This document shows positions 42,566 through 53,741 of a DNA stretch of 64,000 bases, piece by piece. Within the stretch, counting starts at the first letter, position 1. Every line of letters begins with the position of its first letter. The position numbers and the translations under genes are program-made. The notes under the pieces are model-generated. The model searched no databases and had not been told where the DNA came from. It worked only from the letters and a program-made list of their open reading frames with translations. Source of the DNA: an uncultured Pseudomonadota bacterium (GTDB lineage: Bacteria > Myxococcota_A > Polyangia > Fen-1088). The DNA lies in assembly GCA_963847705.1 (NCBI GenBank), contig CAWKBC010000010.1, positions 32,001 to 96,000 on the forward strand, read 5' to 3'.

Positions 42566-43711
42566 GTGGGAATCGGCGTGAGCATCGGCGCGATTTCACC
42601 TGCCACTGAGCGGTCGCCGCAAGCGGCCGCCGTGGCGGCTGCGGCGGCCGAGGCGCGCCGCGACGCCTGGCGGAGGTCGATCGAATCGGTCGCCATTCCG
42701 CTGGGCGCCATCGTGGCGGCGCTGATCCTGTTCGGCGTCTTCATGGCGCTGACCGGACGCAACCCGCTGGCGGTCTACCACGAGATGTTCCGCGGCTCGT
42801 TCGGGACCGCCTTCTCGTTCCAGAACACGCTGCAGCGGGCGGCGCCGATCATGCTGACCGCGCTGGCCACGGCGATCCCGCTGCGGCTCGGGCTGGTGGT
42901 GCTGGGTGGCGAAGGGGCCATGGTGCTGGGCGGGCTGGCGGCGGCGGCGATCGGGATCCACCTGCACACGCCGTTCACGATCAAGCTCGGGATGTTCGTG
43001 ACCGGCTCGCTGGTCGGCGGCCTCTGGGTGGCCGGCGCCGGGGCGCTCCGCGCCTACCGGGGTGTCAACGAGACGATCAGCTCGCTGCTGCTCAACTACA
43101 TCGCCATCGCGCTCCTCAACCACATCGTCGAGGGGCCGCTGCGCGATCCGGCCAGCCTCAACAAGCCTTCGACGCTGCCTATCGGGGACGACAACATGCT
43201 CGGCAACCTGCCCGGGCTGGACGTGCACTGGGGCCTGGGCTTCGCGCTCATCGCCTGCCTCATCGCCTGGTTCCTCATGCAGCGGACCACCTTCGGTTTC
43301 GCGGCGCGCATGGTGGGCGGCAACGTCCGCGCGGCGCTACTCAACGGGCTGCCGGTGCGGCGCCTGATCGTGATCGCGACCTTCCTGGGCGGCCTCGGGG
43401 CCGGCCTGGCGGGCGCGGTCGAGGTCGCGGCGATCCACGGCAACGCCAACGCGTCGCTCGTCACCGGCTACGGCTACACCGGGGTGCTGGTGGCCTTCAT
43501 CGCGCGCGCCAATCCGTTCGGCGTCATCCCGGTCGCGCTGCTCCTGGGCGGTATCGGCGCCAGCGGCGGGCTCCTGCAGCGGGTCTTCGATCTTCCGGAC
43601 GCGACGGTCAACGTGCTGCAGGGGACGATCTTCATCGCGATCTTGTTCTCGGATTCGCTCTACGGCCGGCGCTGGGGCCGCGCCAAGCCGGCCAAGGCGG
43701 TGGCGGCGTGA
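42566..43711 (+). CDS. ABC permease (nucleoside/CUT2 type)
   Basis: Multi-TM; GGEGA, NETISSLLLNYIA, GYGYTGVLVA. Confidence 0.88.
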   Translation: MGIGVSIGAISPATERSPQAAAVAAAAAEARRDAWRRSIESVAIPLGAIVAALILFGVFMALTGRNPLAVYHEMFRGSFGTAFSFQNTLQRAAPIMLTALATAIPLRLGLVVLGGEGAMVLGGLAAAAIGIHLHTPFTIKLGMFVTGSLVGGLWVAGAGALRAYRGVNETISSLLLNYIAIALLNHIVEGPLRDPASLNKPSTLPIGDDNMLGNLPGLDVHWGLGFALIACLIAWFLMQRTTFGFAARMVGGNVRAALLNGLPVRRLIVIATFLGGLGAGLAGAVEVAAIHGNANASLVTGYGYTGVLVAFIARANPFGVIPVALLLGGIGASGGLLQRVFDLPDATVNVLQGTIFIAILFSDSLYGRRWGRAKPAKAVAA

Positions 43712-44622
43712 GCGCGGCCGGTGGCGTCGCGCTGGGAATGATCGGCGGAGCGGTCCGGATCAGCACGCCGTTCCTGTTCGTCAGCCTGGGCGAGTGCCTC
43801 ACCGAGAAGAGCGGCCGCGTGAACCTCGGGCTCGAAGGGACGCTGGTCATGGGGGCGATGGCCGCCTACGGCGTCTCCTACCTGACGAATTCGCCCTGGC
43901 TCGGCGTGCTGGCTGCCGGCTGCTGCGGCGTCGTGCTGGGGGCGCTGCACGCCTGGCTCTGCGCGCGGCCGCGCGTGAACGACGTTGCGGTCGGGATCGC
44001 GCTCATGCTCTTCGGTGTCGGGCTGGCGTTCTTCCTGGGCAAGCCGCTGGTCGGGCCGAGCGCGCCGCATCTGCCGGCGGTGTCGCTCGGCTGGTGGAGC
44101 GCCTCGTCGCAGGTGCGTTCGGCGCTGCAGGTGAACGCGCTGTTCGTCCTCGGCCTGGTCACGACGTTCGCCGTTCGCTTCGTCCTGCGGCGAACGCGCT
44201 GGGGGCTCATCGTCCGCACGGTGGGCGAGAGCGCGGACACCGCGCGCGCCATGGGCTACGACGTGGCCCGGGTGCGCCAGCTGGCCACCATGGCGGGCGG
44301 CTTCCTGGCCGGCATCGGCGGCTCGTTCCTCTCGCTGTTTTATCCCGGGAGCTGGAACGAGGGGCTCTCCAGCGGACAGGGGCTGATGGCGGTGGCGCTG
44401 GTGATCTTCGCGCGCTGGGATCCCGTCCGCTGTTTGCTGGCGTCGCTGCTCTTCGGCGGCGCCAGCGCGCTCGGCCCGGCCCTGCAGTCGGTGGGGGTGA
44501 CGTCGGGGTACTACCTCTTCAACGCGGCGCCCTACGCGCTCACGCTGGCGATCATCGTGGCGACCAGCTCGCGCGATCGGGCGCTCAACGGTCAACCCGC
44601 CGAGCTGCGGGTGGCCAGGTAG
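43708..44622 (+). CDS. ABC permease
   Basis: EKSGRVNLGLEG, VGESADTARAMG, GQGLMAVALVIFARW. Confidence 0.9.
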   Translation: MSAAGGVALGMIGGAVRISTPFLFVSLGECLTEKSGRVNLGLEGTLVMGAMAAYGVSYLTNSPWLGVLAAGCCGVVLGALHAWLCARPRVNDVAVGIALMLFGVGLAFFLGKPLVGPSAPHLPAVSLGWWSASSQVRSALQVNALFVLGLVTTFAVRFVLRRTRWGLIVRTVGESADTARAMGYDVARVRQLATMAGGFLAGIGGSFLSLFYPGSWNEGLSSGQGLMAVALVIFARWDPVRCLLASLLFGGASALGPALQSVGVTSGYYLFNAAPYALTLAIIVATSSRDRALNGQPAELRVAR

Positions 44623-44660
44623 GCAGAAGGCAAGAGGGCAAGAAGGCAAGAAGGTAGAGA
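44621..44660 (+). repeat. Purine-rich 8-bp tandem repeat (GGCAAGAA) upstream of biuH
   Basis: aggcagaa ggcaagag ggcaagaa ggcaagaa ggtagaga. Confidence 0.75.
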
Positions 44661-44667
44661 CAAAACG

Positions 44668-45387
44668 ATGAGCGAGACGAACGCGACCTCCAAGACGGCC
44701 CGCTACGTGCCCGGCGATCCCTACCCCTTCCCCTGGAACGGCGATCTGCGGCCGGAGAACACGGCGCTGGTCGTGATCGACATGCAGACCGATTTTTGCG
44801 GCAAAGGCGGCTACATCGATCTGATGGGGTACGACATCTCTGTCTCGCGCGCCTGCATCACACCGATCCGGGCGGTCCTCGCCAAGATGCGCGCCGGCGG
44901 CTATCACATCATGCACACGCGGGAAGGCCACCGCCCCGACCTGGCCGATCTGCCGGCCAACAAGCGCTGGCGCTCGCGCCGGACCAAGGGGAACGAGGGG
45001 GTCGGCATCGGCGACGCCGGCCCCTGCGGCCGCATCCTGGTGCGCGGCGAGCCCGGCTGGGAGATCATCCCGGAGCTGACGCCGCTGCCCGGCGAGACGA
45101 TCATCGACAAGCCGGGCAAGGGGACCTTCTGCGCGACCGACTTCGATCTGATCCTGCGCCAGCGCGGGATCGCCAACCTGATCCTGACCGGGATCACCAC
45201 CGACGTCTGCGTGCACACCACGATGCGCGAGGGGAACGATCGCGGCTACGAGTGCCTGATCCTCGAGGACTGCTGCGCGGCCACCGACGCCGGCAACCAC
45301 GCGGCGGCGATCAAGATGGTGAAGATGCAGAACGGCGTGTTTGGCACGGTCTCGACCTCGCGGGCCCTGCTGGAGGCGCTGTCATGA
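44668..45387 (+). CDS. biuH: Biuret hydrolase (isochorismatase-like cysteine hydrolase)
   Basis: [44 protein letters not shown] and KMVKMQ.GVFG match BiuH as I recall it. Confidence 0.88.
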   Translation: MSETNATSKTARYVPGDPYPFPWNGDLRPENTALVVIDMQTDFCGKGGYIDLMGYDISVSRACITPIRAVLAKMRAGGYHIMHTREGHRPDLADLPANKRWRSRRTKGNEGVGIGDAGPCGRILVRGEPGWEIIPELTPLPGETIIDKPGKGTFCATDFDLILRQRGIANLILTGITTDVCVHTTMREGNDRGYECLILEDCCAATDAGNHAAAIKMVKMQNGVFGTVSTSRALLEALS

Positions 45388-46937
45388 GCCTGGAGATCGA
45401 CGACGGCGCGCGGGCGGTCGTCGACGCAGCCACGCCGGCGCTGGAGGCGCTGGGGATCTCCAAGCAGTTCGGGTCGGTGCGCGCGCTGGAGAACGTGTCG
45501 CTGAAGCTGGCGCGCGGATCGGTGCACGCGCTCCTCGGCGAAAACGGCGCCGGCAAGAGCACGCTCGTCAAGTGCATCATGGGCTACTACTCGGCCGACG
45601 TCGGGCAGGTGCTGGTGAACGGCGTCGCCGCGCACATCAAGAGCCCACGCGACGCGGCCGCGCTCGGGATCGGCATGGTCTACCAGCACTTCACGCTGGT
45701 CGACAACATGACGGTGGCCGAGAACCTGGTCCTGGCGCGCCGCGAGCACCCGTTCATCTTCGACTGGGCCGCCGAGACGAAGGCGGTCGAGACGTTCATG
45801 GCGCGGATGCCGTTCAAGCTCGATCCGCATCGCCCCGTGCGCATGCTGGCTGCTGGCGAAAAGCAGAAGCTGGAGATCTTGAAGCAGCTCTATCTCGGCA
45901 GCTCGATCGTCATCCTCGACGAGCCGACCTCGGTCCTGACGCCGGACGAGGCCGACGACGTGCTCGGCCTCCTGCGCGGGATGGCGCAAGAAGGCCGCCT
46001 GACCATTTTGATGATCTCGCACAAGTTCCGCGAGGTGATGGCCTTCGCCGACGAGGTCACCGTGCTGCGCCGGGGAAAGCCGGCGGGCAGCGGTCGCGTC
46101 GCCGATCTGACGCCCGATCTGATGGCACGCATGATGGTCGGCGATGAGCCCCCGCGCGCCAGCGGGACCCGGCAGGCCGGCGCCGGCGAGGCGGTGGTGC
46201 TGGAGATCGAAGGGCTGTCGGCCGAGGACGATCTGGGCACCCCCGCGGTGCACAAGTTTTCGCTGCAGGTGCGCGCCGGCGAGATCGTCGGCATCGCCGG
46301 CGTGTCGGGCAACGGGCAAGAAGAGCTGGTGGAGGTGCTGGCCGGGCAGCGCAGCTCCAGCGCCGGAAAGATCGCGGTCAACGGGACCCCCTACCACGCC
46401 AAGCGGTTCGAGATGCGCGGCCTCAAGGTCCGCTGCCTCCCCGACGAGCCGCTGCGCAACGCCTGCGTGGGCGGCATGTCGGTGGCGGAGAACATCGGGT
46501 TCCGCCTCTTCGACCGGCATCCGTTCACCTTCCTGAAGGCGCTGGTGAGCGGGCGCGCGCTGCGCAAGAACGCCTCCTCGCTGATCGTCGAGTACGGGAT
46601 CCGCACGCCCGGCCCCGACGCGCCGATCGGCAGCCTCTCGGGCGGCAACGTGCAGCGCGCGGTGCTGGCCCGCGAGCTCTCGGACGACGTGTCGGTCCTG
46701 ATCGCCTCCAATCCCTGCTTCGGGCTCGACTTCGCGGCGGTGGCGGAGATCCGCACGCGGCTGATGGAGGCGCGCAACCGCGGTGCGGCCGTGCTGCTCA
46801 TCAGCGCTGATCTCGACGAGATCTTCGCGCTGGCCGATCGAATCGTGGTCATCAGCGACGGGCACGCCGTGCACGAGACGCCGATCGCCAAAGCCGACCT
46901 GGGCGTGATCGGCCGCCACATGGCAGGCCACGCTTGA
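45384..46937 (+). CDS. ABC ATP-binding protein with tandem NBDs (RbsA/NupA type)
   Basis: [32 protein letters not shown]; ATGA overlap with biuH. Confidence 0.92.
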   Translation: MSLEIDDGARAVVDAATPALEALGISKQFGSVRALENVSLKLARGSVHALLGENGAGKSTLVKCIMGYYSADVGQVLVNGVAAHIKSPRDAAALGIGMVYQHFTLVDNMTVAENLVLARREHPFIFDWAAETKAVETFMARMPFKLDPHRPVRMLAAGEKQKLEILKQLYLGSSIVILDEPTSVLTPDEADDVLGLLRGMAQEGRLTILMISHKFREVMAFADEVTVLRRGKPAGSGRVADLTPDLMARMMVGDEPPRASGTRQAGAGEAVVLEIEGLSAEDDLGTPAVHKFSLQVRAGEIVGIAGVSGNGQEELVEVLAGQRSSSAGKIAVNGTPYHAKRFEMRGLKVRCLPDEPLRNACVGGMSVAENIGFRLFDRHPFTFLKALVSGRALRKNASSLIVEYGIRTPGPDAPIGSLSGGNVQRAVLARELSDDVSVLIASNPCFGLDFAAVAEIRTRLMEARNRGAAVLLISADLDEIFALADRIVVISDGHAVHETPIAKADLGVIGRHMAGHA

Positions 46938-46979
46938 CGGCTGGCCGACTCAATCACCGCGTTGTACCGTGTCGCCCGG

Positions 46980-47345
46980 ATGAAACGTGACGACCTCCGT
47001 CTGGACGAGATCTGGGCTCGCGCCCAGGAAGCCGATTTTCCCTGGGAACGATTTCGCGAGGGGGTGGAGATCCACCGGCTGTGGGGCGACATGGACAGCT
47101 CCGGCGAAGCGGCGGCGCTGCTCCGCTATGCGGCAGGCGGCTTCGTCCCCGCGCACCGCCACGAGGCGGTCGAGGAGATCTTCGTCCTCAGCGGCTGGCA
47201 GCGCGATCTGCGCGGCGTCTATCCCACCGGCTCGCACGTGGTCAACCCGCCCGGGTCCAGCCACACCGTCGAGAGCCCGGAGGGGTGCGTGGTGCTGGTC
47301 ATCTGGCAAGAGCCCAACACCTGGGTCGATCCGGCGGGCGCTTAA
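46980..47345 (+). CDS. Small cupin (ChrR-like/cupin_7)
   Basis: PAHRHEAVEEIFVLSG and PPGSSHTVESPEGC cupin metal motifs. Confidence 0.82.
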   Translation: MKRDDLRLDEIWARAQEADFPWERFREGVEIHRLWGDMDSSGEAAALLRYAAGGFVPAHRHEAVEEIFVLSGWQRDLRGVYPTGSHVVNPPGSSHTVESPEGCVVLVIWQEPNTWVDPAGA

Positions 47346-47349
47346 GCCC

Positions 47350-48192
47350 GTGGCGCCTGGGCCGGTGGGATGGCGCGCGGCGCTGGAGCTCGGGTTCGCG
47401 GCCGAGGGCGGCGCCACCCGCCTCGCCCGACGGGCGCACCGCGGGCCCTTCGTCGTTCAGCGCCCGTTTTTCCCGGAGGGGCGCGACGTCTGCCATGTCT
47501 ACCTGCTGCACCCCCCGGGCGGTCTGGTCGGCGGCGACGAGCTGCGGCTCGACCTGCGGGTCGGTCCCGCGGCCCACACGCTGGTGACGACGCCGGCGGC
47601 GGGCAAGGCCTACCGCACCCTGGGGCCGGTGGCGCGCCAGTCGCACGCGCTCACCGTCGAGGCCGGAGGGACGCTGGAGTGGCTGCCGCAGGAGACGATC
47701 GTCTACGACGGCGCCTCGGTGGAGATCGAGACGCGCGTCGAGCTGGCGTCGGGCGCGCGCTTCTTCGGCGCCGAGACGCTCTGCTTCGGGCTTCCGGCCC
47801 GCGGCGAGCCGTTCGCCCGCGGCTCGTGCCGGCAGATCTTCGATCTGCGGCGCGCCGGGGCGCCCCTCCTGATCGAGCGTGGCCGGTTCGAAGGAGGCGC
47901 CCCCGTGCAGGGCGCCCTGTGGGGCCTGGGAGGGGCCACGGTGTTGACCTTGATCGTCGCCGCACCGGCGCCGGAAGCGGCCGTCGTCGACGGGCTGCGT
48001 GCGCTGGCGGCGAGGACGCCCCTCGGCGATCGCGCGGCGGTCACCGTGCTCGGCGAGGGCGCGGCGCTGGTGGTGCGGCACCTGGGCGGCGGCGGCGAGC
48101 GCGCGCGCGCCTTCGCGCAGACGATCTGGCAGAGTGTCCGCCCGACGTTGCTCGGTCGTGCTGGCACGGCGCCGCGCATCTGGGCCACCTAG
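47350..48192 (+). CDS. ureD: Urease accessory protein D
   Basis: [43 protein letters not shown]. Confidence 0.92.
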   Translation: MAPGPVGWRAALELGFAAEGGATRLARRAHRGPFVVQRPFFPEGRDVCHVYLLHPPGGLVGGDELRLDLRVGPAAHTLVTTPAAGKAYRTLGPVARQSHALTVEAGGTLEWLPQETIVYDGASVEIETRVELASGARFFGAETLCFGLPARGEPFARGSCRQIFDLRRAGAPLLIERGRFEGGAPVQGALWGLGGATVLTLIVAAPAPEAAVVDGLRALAARTPLGDRAAVTVLGEGAALVVRHLGGGGERARAFAQTIWQSVRPTLLGRAGTAPRIWAT

Positions 48193-48199
48193 GAGGACC

Positions 48200-48817
48200 A
48201 TGGAGCTCTCCCCCCGCGAGAAGGACAAGCTGCTGCTGTTCACCGCCGCCCTGGTGGCCGAGCGACGCAAGGCGCGCGGCCTCAAGCTGAACTATCCCGA
48301 GGCAGTGGCGTACATCTCGGCCGCCATTCTGGAAGGCGCCCGGGACGGACGAACGGTCGCCGAGCTGATGGCGGAGGGGACCCGCATCCTGGGCGCCGAC
48401 GACGTCATGGAGGGGGTGGCCGAGCTCATCACCGAGGTGCAGGTCGAGGCGACCTTCCCCGACGGAACCAAGCTGGTCACCGTCCACCAGCCGATCCCGG
48501 TGGGCAAGGAGATGGGGATCGGCGGGGTCACCACCTTGCCGGGGACGATCGCGCTGAACGCCGGGCGTGCGACGACGAGGCTGGAGGTCGCCAACAGCGG
48601 CGATCGGCCGATCCAGGTCGGCTCGCACTATCATTTCTTCGAGGTGAACCCGGCGCTGAAGTTCGATCGCCAGAGCGCGCGCGGGTTTCGGCTCGACGTC
48701 CCGGCGGGGACCGCCGTGCGCTTCGAGCCGGGCCAGACGCGCACCGTCGATCTGGTCGCCTACGACGGCGAACGAATCGTGCAAGGGTTCCGCGGCGAGG
48801 TCATGGGCAAACTATGA
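48200..48817 (+). CDS. ureA: Fused urease gamma/beta subunit
   Basis: [11 protein letters not shown]...[17 protein letters not shown] continues in frame into [15 protein letters not shown]...GTAVRFEPG; SD AGGAGG. Confidence 0.95.
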   Translation: MELSPREKDKLLLFTAALVAERRKARGLKLNYPEAVAYISAAILEGARDGRTVAELMAEGTRILGADDVMEGVAELITEVQVEATFPDGTKLVTVHQPIPVGKEMGIGGVTTLPGTIALNAGRATTRLEVANSGDRPIQVGSHYHFFEVNPALKFDRQSARGFRLDVPAGTAVRFEPGQTRTVDLVAYDGERIVQGFRGEVMGKL

Positions 48818-50526
48818 AGTCTATCGATCGCCGCGCCTACGCCGAGATGTACGGGCCGACCACGGGCGACCGCGTCCGTCTGGGCGACACCGGCCTCCTG
48901 ATCGAGATCGAGAGCGATCACACGGTCTACGGCGAGGAGGTGAAGTTCGGCGGCGGGAAGGTGATCCGCGACGGCATGGGGCAGAGCCAGCGCGTCGGCC
49001 CCGAGGTCGCCGACCTGGTGATCACCAACGCCGTGGTGCTCGACACGGGCGGGATCATCAAGGCCGATGTCGGCATCAAGGAGGGGCGCATCAGCGCCAT
49101 CGGCAAGGCCGGCAACCCCGACGTGCAGCCGGGCGTCACCATCGTGATCGGGCCGGGGACGGAGATCATCGCCGGCGAAGGCTGCATCCTCACCCCCGGC
49201 GCCATCGACACGCACATCCACTTCATCTCCCCCCAGCAGGTGGAGTACGCGCTGATGTCGGGCGTGACCACGATGATCGGCGGCGGCACCGGCCCGGCGG
49301 CCGGGACGGCGGCCACCACCTGCACGCCCGGGCCCTGGAACATCGCGCGCATGTTGCAGGCGGCCGACGCGCTGCCGATGAACATCGGCCTCCTCGGCAA
49401 GGGAAACGCCAGCCGGCCGGAATCGCTGGTCGAGCAGGTGGTCGCCGGCTGCGTCGGGCTCAAGCTGCACGAGGACTGGGGGACCACGCCGGCGGCGATC
49501 GACTGCTGCCTGAGCGTCGCGGAGCTCCACGACGTTCAGGTCGCCATCCACACCGACACGCTCAACGAGTCGGGCTTCGTCGAGGACACGCTGGCGGCGT
49601 TCAAGGGGCGCGCCATCCACAGCTTTCACACCGAGGGCGCCGGCGGCGGGCACGCACCCGACATCATCAAGGTCTGCGGCGTGCCGCACGTGCTGCCGTC
49701 GTCGACCAACCCGACGCGCCCCTACACCGTCAACACCGTCGACGAGCACCTCGACATGCTGATGGTCTGCCACCACCTCGACGCCGGGATCTCCGAGGAT
49801 GTGGCCTTCGCCGAGTCGCGCATCCGGCGCGAAACCATCGCCGCCGAGGACATCCTGCACGACCTCGGCGCCATCAGCATGATGTCGAGCGACTCGCAGG
49901 CAATGGGCCGCGTCGGCGAGGTGGTGACCCGCACCTGGCAGACCGCCCACAAGATGAAGGCGCAGCGGGGCGCGCTCGGCACGGATGCAACGGCGGGCGG
50001 GCTGCATGACAACTTTCGCGTCCGGCGCTATCTGGCCAAGTACACGATCAACCCGGCCATCACCCACGGCATCGCGCACGAGGTCGGCTCGATCACCGTC
50101 GGCAAGCTGGCCGATCTGGTCCTCTGGCGGCCGGCCTTCTTCGGCGCCAAGCCGGCCGTCATCATCAAGGGGGGGATGATCATCGCGGCGCCGATGGGCG
50201 ATCCCAACGCCTCGATCCCGACGCCGCAGCCGGTCCACTACCGCCCGATGTTCGGCGCGCTCGGCGGCGCGCGCCACGCCACCTGCCTGACGTTCCTGTC
50301 GCAGGCGGCCCTGGAGGCGGACGTGCCGGCGCGGCTCGGTCTGCAAAAGCGCGCCGTCGCCGTGAAGGGGACGCGGGCCGTGCGAAAGAAGGATCTGATC
50401 CTCAACGACGCGCTGCCGGTCATCGAGGTCGATCCGCAGACCTACGAGGTCCGCGCCGACGGCCAACTTCTCACCTGCGAGCCGGCGGAGACGCTGCCGC
50501 TCGCCCAGCGTTACTTCCTGTTTTGA
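48814..50526 (+). CDS. ureC: Urease alpha subunit
   Basis: [54 protein letters not shown]. Confidence 0.99.
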   Translation: MKSIDRRAYAEMYGPTTGDRVRLGDTGLLIEIESDHTVYGEEVKFGGGKVIRDGMGQSQRVGPEVADLVITNAVVLDTGGIIKADVGIKEGRISAIGKAGNPDVQPGVTIVIGPGTEIIAGEGCILTPGAIDTHIHFISPQQVEYALMSGVTTMIGGGTGPAAGTAATTCTPGPWNIARMLQAADALPMNIGLLGKGNASRPESLVEQVVAGCVGLKLHEDWGTTPAAIDCCLSVAELHDVQVAIHTDTLNESGFVEDTLAAFKGRAIHSFHTEGAGGGHAPDIIKVCGVPHVLPSSTNPTRPYTVNTVDEHLDMLMVCHHLDAGISEDVAFAESRIRRETIAAEDILHDLGAISMMSSDSQAMGRVGEVVTRTWQTAHKMKAQRGALGTDATAGGLHDNFRVRRYLAKYTINPAITHGIAHEVGSITVGKLADLVLWRPAFFGAKPAVIIKGGMIIAAPMGDPNASIPTPQPVHYRPMFGALGGARHATCLTFLSQAALEADVPARLGLQKRAVAVKGTRAVRKKDLILNDALPVIEVDPQTYEVRADGQLLTCEPAETLPLAQRYFLF

Positions 50527-50536
50527 GAGGCCAGTC

Positions 50537-51007
50537 GTGAAGATGCCGAGCCTCACCGAAGTCGTTCAGGAGGGCGTGGCCGCCGGTACCCTCACCCTCG
50601 CCTTCGGCGATCGCCGGCGCAGCCGCCTGCGCGCGCGGCTCGACGACGGCCGCGAGGTCGCGCTGCTGCTCCCGCGCGGCTCGCGGCTCCTCGACGGCGA
50701 TCGCCTGCGCGACGAGTCGGGAGAGCTGGTGGTCGCGGTGCGCGCCGCCGAGGAGACGCTCTCCTGGGTCGGCGCCGAGGACCGGCTGCTGCTGGCGCGC
50801 GCGGCCTACCACCTGGGAAACCGCCACGTGCCGGTGCAGATCGGCCCGGGCTGGCTGGCTTACGAGCACGATCACGTGCTCGACGGAATGCTCGAAGAGA
50901 TGGGCCTGACGGTGACGACCCGCCGGGCGCCGTTCGAACCCGAAGCGGGCGGCTATCGCCACGGCGGCGAAGCGCCCTCCCATGGAGGCCATCACCATGA
51001 GCACTGA
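50537..51007 (+). CDS. ureE: Urease accessory protein E
   Basis: AYHLGNRH, DHVLDGML, FEPEAGGY and a His tail. Confidence 0.93.
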   Translation: MKMPSLTEVVQEGVAAGTLTLAFGDRRRSRLRARLDDGREVALLLPRGSRLLDGDRLRDESGELVVAVRAAEETLSWVGAEDRLLLARAAYHLGNRHVPVQIGPGWLAYEHDHVLDGMLEEMGLTVTTRRAPFEPEAGGYRHGGEAPSHGGHHHEH

Positions 51008-51695
51008 CGGTGCCACGTTCGGCAGCGGTGACCTGGCCTTGATGCGGCTGCTTCAGATCGTCAGCCCGGCGCTGCCGATCGGCGCCTTCGCCTACTCGCA
51101 GGGGCTGGAGCAGACCGTCGCCGAGGGGTGGGTCACCGACGAGGCCGAGGCGGCGGCCTGGCTGCTGGGCCTGCTCGAATCGAGCTTCTCCACCCTCGAT
51201 CTGCCGGTGCTGGCGCGGCTCATCACCGCCTGGCGCGAAGGCGACGTCGCCGCTGTCGAGCGCTGGAGCGCCTGGCTGGCCGCCTGCCGGCCGACGCGCG
51301 AGATCCGCGCCGAGGACCGGCAGCTCGGCGCCGCGCTGGCGCGGGTGCTGGGGGCGCTGGGGATCGACGACGCCGCGGCCTGGAGCACCCGCATGCACGT
51401 CACCCACGCCGCCATGTTCGCGCTGGCAGCCGTGCGGTTCGAGGTGCCGATCGAAGCTGCGCTGGCCGGGCATGCCTTCGCCTGGGCAGAGGCGATCACC
51501 AGCGCGGCGGTGCGGCTGGTTCCGCTCGGTCAGAGCGCCGGGCAGCGCCTCTTGGCGGCCGCCGGCGCGGCGATCCCGGCGGTGGTCAACCGCGCGCTGG
51601 CGCTGCCCGACGACGAGATCGGCTCGGCGGCGCCGGGACAGGCGATCGCCAGCGCCCGACACGAGACGCTCTACTCGAGGCTGTTCCGCTCATGA
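50997..51695 (+). CDS. ureF: Urease accessory protein F
   Basis: [16 protein letters not shown] and [11 protein letters not shown]. Confidence 0.95.
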   Translation: MSTDGATFGSGDLALMRLLQIVSPALPIGAFAYSQGLEQTVAEGWVTDEAEAAAWLLGLLESSFSTLDLPVLARLITAWREGDVAAVERWSAWLAACRPTREIRAEDRQLGAALARVLGALGIDDAAAWSTRMHVTHAAMFALAAVRFEVPIEAALAGHAFAWAEAITSAAVRLVPLGQSAGQRLLAAAGAAIPAVVNRALALPDDEIGSAAPGQAIASARHETLYSRLFRS

Positions 51696-51738
51696 GCAAG
51701 CGACGGGAGCTCCGGATGACCCGTCGGGGAGATTCCGC

Positions 51739-52353
51739 ATGACCAGACTGCAACCGTTGCGGGTCGGCGTGGCCGGCCCGGTGGGCTCAGGGAAGACCGC
51801 GCTGGTCGACGCGCTCTGCAAGCTCTTGCGCGACCGGTTCGAGATCGCGGTCGTCACCAACGACATCTACACCAAGGAGGACGCCCAGTTCCTGGTCCGC
51901 AGCGGCGCGCTGGCCGAAGAGCGAATCGTCGGCGTGGAGACCGGCGGTTGCCCCCACACCGCCATCCGCGAGGACGCCTCGATCAACCTCGACGCGGTCG
52001 AGGCGATGGCCGCGCGCTTCCCGATGCTCGACCTGGTGATCATCGAGAGCGGCGGCGACAACCTGGCCGCCACCTTCAGCCCCGAGCTGGCCGACCTCAC
52101 CCTCTACGTGATCGACGTGGCCGGCGGCGACAAGATCCCGCGCAAGGGGGGCCCCGGGATCACGCGGTCCGATCTGCTGGTGATCAACAAGACCGATCTC
52201 GCGCCCCACGTCGGCGCGTCGCTGGAGGTGATGGACCGCGACGCGCGCAAGATGCGCGGCGACCGACCGTTTCTCTTCACCTCGATCCGCGGTGGCCAGG
52301 GCGTGGAGGCCGTGGCCGACTTCGTGATCCAGCAGGGCATGCTGGCGGATTGA
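51739..52353 (+). CDS. ureG: Urease accessory GTPase G
   Basis: [26 protein letters not shown]. Confidence 0.97.
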   Translation: MTRLQPLRVGVAGPVGSGKTALVDALCKLLRDRFEIAVVTNDIYTKEDAQFLVRSGALAEERIVGVETGGCPHTAIREDASINLDAVEAMAARFPMLDLVIIESGGDNLAATFSPELADLTLYVIDVAGGDKIPRKGGPGITRSDLLVINKTDLAPHVGASLEVMDRDARKMRGDRPFLFTSIRGGQGVEAVADFVIQQGMLAD

Positions 52354-52514
52354 CGGGCGACTGAGTCTTTGGCGGCGTCGCGAACGCGGCTGCTCGCATC
52401 ATGCATTTTCTCGCTGGCCGGGGAGGCCGCACGTTGCAACCGGATGCGAGCGGAGCCGCGGCCCCGATCGCCTGGAGCGGCCGGCTCCTTGGGCCGCACC
52501 GCCCGACGCTCGCC

Positions 52515-52530
52515 TGGTCCACCCCTTGCA
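52515..52530 (+). promoter_or_regulatory. Possible sigma54 -24/-12 promoter for the PII gene
   Basis: TGGTCCACCCCTTGCA gives GG-N10-GC with TTGCA. It would produce an almost leaderless transcript. Confidence 0.35.
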
Positions 52531-52543
52531 CTCACGAAGTCCC

Positions 52544-52882
52544 ATGAAAAAGATCGAAGCAATCATCAAACCGCATCGTCTGGATGAAGTGATGGGTCGG
52601 TTGCGGCAGGCGGGAGTTAGTGGGATGACGATCTCCGACGTCAAGGGATTCGGCCGCACCGGAGGGCGCCGCGAAGTCTACCGAGGCTCCGCCTATTTCG
52701 TCGACGTCGTTCCCAAGGTCCGGATAGAGATTCTCATCAAAGACGAGATGCTTCACGCCGTCGTGGCGTTGATCGCTCAGACGGCCCGAACGGGCACGAT
52801 CGGCGACGGCAAGATTCTCGTCTCCACCATTGACGACGCCATCCGGATCCGGACCGAGGAGCACGGCGAAGCCGCGATCTAA
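52544..52882 (+). CDS. PII family signal transduction protein (atypical T-loop)
   Basis: [22 protein letters not shown](51), PK(58), GDGKI, RIRT. Confidence 0.93.
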   Translation: MKKIEAIIKPHRLDEVMGRLRQAGVSGMTISDVKGFGRTGGRREVYRGSAYFVDVVPKVRIEILIKDEMLHAVVALIAQTARTGTIGDGKILVSTIDDAIRIRTEEHGEAAI

Positions 52883-53042
52883 GCTCAGCGCAGCCCGGCC
52901 ATGAAATTGACAGGAGGTACGGCGAGATGTCACGCTGAGCTGGTCAGCGCGACGACGCAGCGGGCGAGGGCTGCGCGAGGGCGAGAGCGCCCGGTAAGAA
53001 CGCCGACGCCTGCCGAGGCTCTCGGTGGGCTTCAGCCCGACT

Positions 53043-53711
53043 TCAGGCCAGCGCGGCCAGGATGCGGGTCGAGTCCGAGACCCAGCCGAAGATCCCGCCC
53101 TGGGCCTTGATCATCTTCAGGCCCATCTCGTGGAACTCGGGGAAGTAGGAGCCGCAGCAGTCGCCGGCCACGATGCAGCGGTAGCCCCGATCGTTGGCCT
53201 CGCGCACTGTCGTGTGCACGCAGACCTCGGTGGTGACGCCGCCGACGATGAGGTTCTCGATCCCCTTGCTGAGCAGGATGGTCTGCAGATCGGTGGCGTA
53301 GAAGGCCCCCTTGCCCGGCTTGTCGATCACCGGCTCCCCTGGCTCGGGCGCCAGCTCGGGGATGATGTCGTGCCCCGCCTCACCGCGGATCAGGATGCGC
53401 CCCATGGCGCCCGGATCGCCGATCCGCATCGAGGGGGCGCCTCGCTCCACCTTGGCCGGATGCGCGTCGGCCATGTCCGGGCGATGCCCCTCGCGGGTGT
53501 GAACGATCAGCATCTTCGCCTTTCGCGCCGCGGCCAGCAGCGCCTTGGCCGGCTTGATCGCCTTGGTCAGCAACGACACGTCATTCCCCAGCGTCTCGCC
53601 GAAGCCGCCCGGCTCGAGGAAGTCGCGCTGCATGTCGATCATGACGATGGCGGTGCGCGCCGGATCGACGACGATCTCACCGGGCTCTGCCTTGATGGTC
53701 ACCTTGCTCAT
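53043..53711 (-). CDS. trtA: Probable triuret hydrolase (isochorismatase-like cysteine hydrolase)
   Basis: DMQRDFLEPGGFGETLGND, TTEVCV, SYFPEFH and AQGGIFG carry the F/L/N/E/Y/I residues that, as I recall, distinguish TrtA from BiuH. Confidence 0.8.
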   Translation of the reverse strand: MSKVTIKAEPGEIVVDPARTAIVMIDMQRDFLEPGGFGETLGNDVSLLTKAIKPAKALLAAARKAKMLIVHTREGHRPDMADAHPAKVERGAPSMRIGDPGAMGRILIRGEAGHDIIPELAPEPGEPVIDKPGKGAFYATDLQTILLSKGIENLIVGGVTTEVCVHTTVREANDRGYRCIVAGDCCGSYFPEFHEMGLKMIKAQGGIFGWVSDSTRILAALA

Positions 53712-53741
53712 GGCCCGTCCTTTCGTTTCAGAATGATCGCC

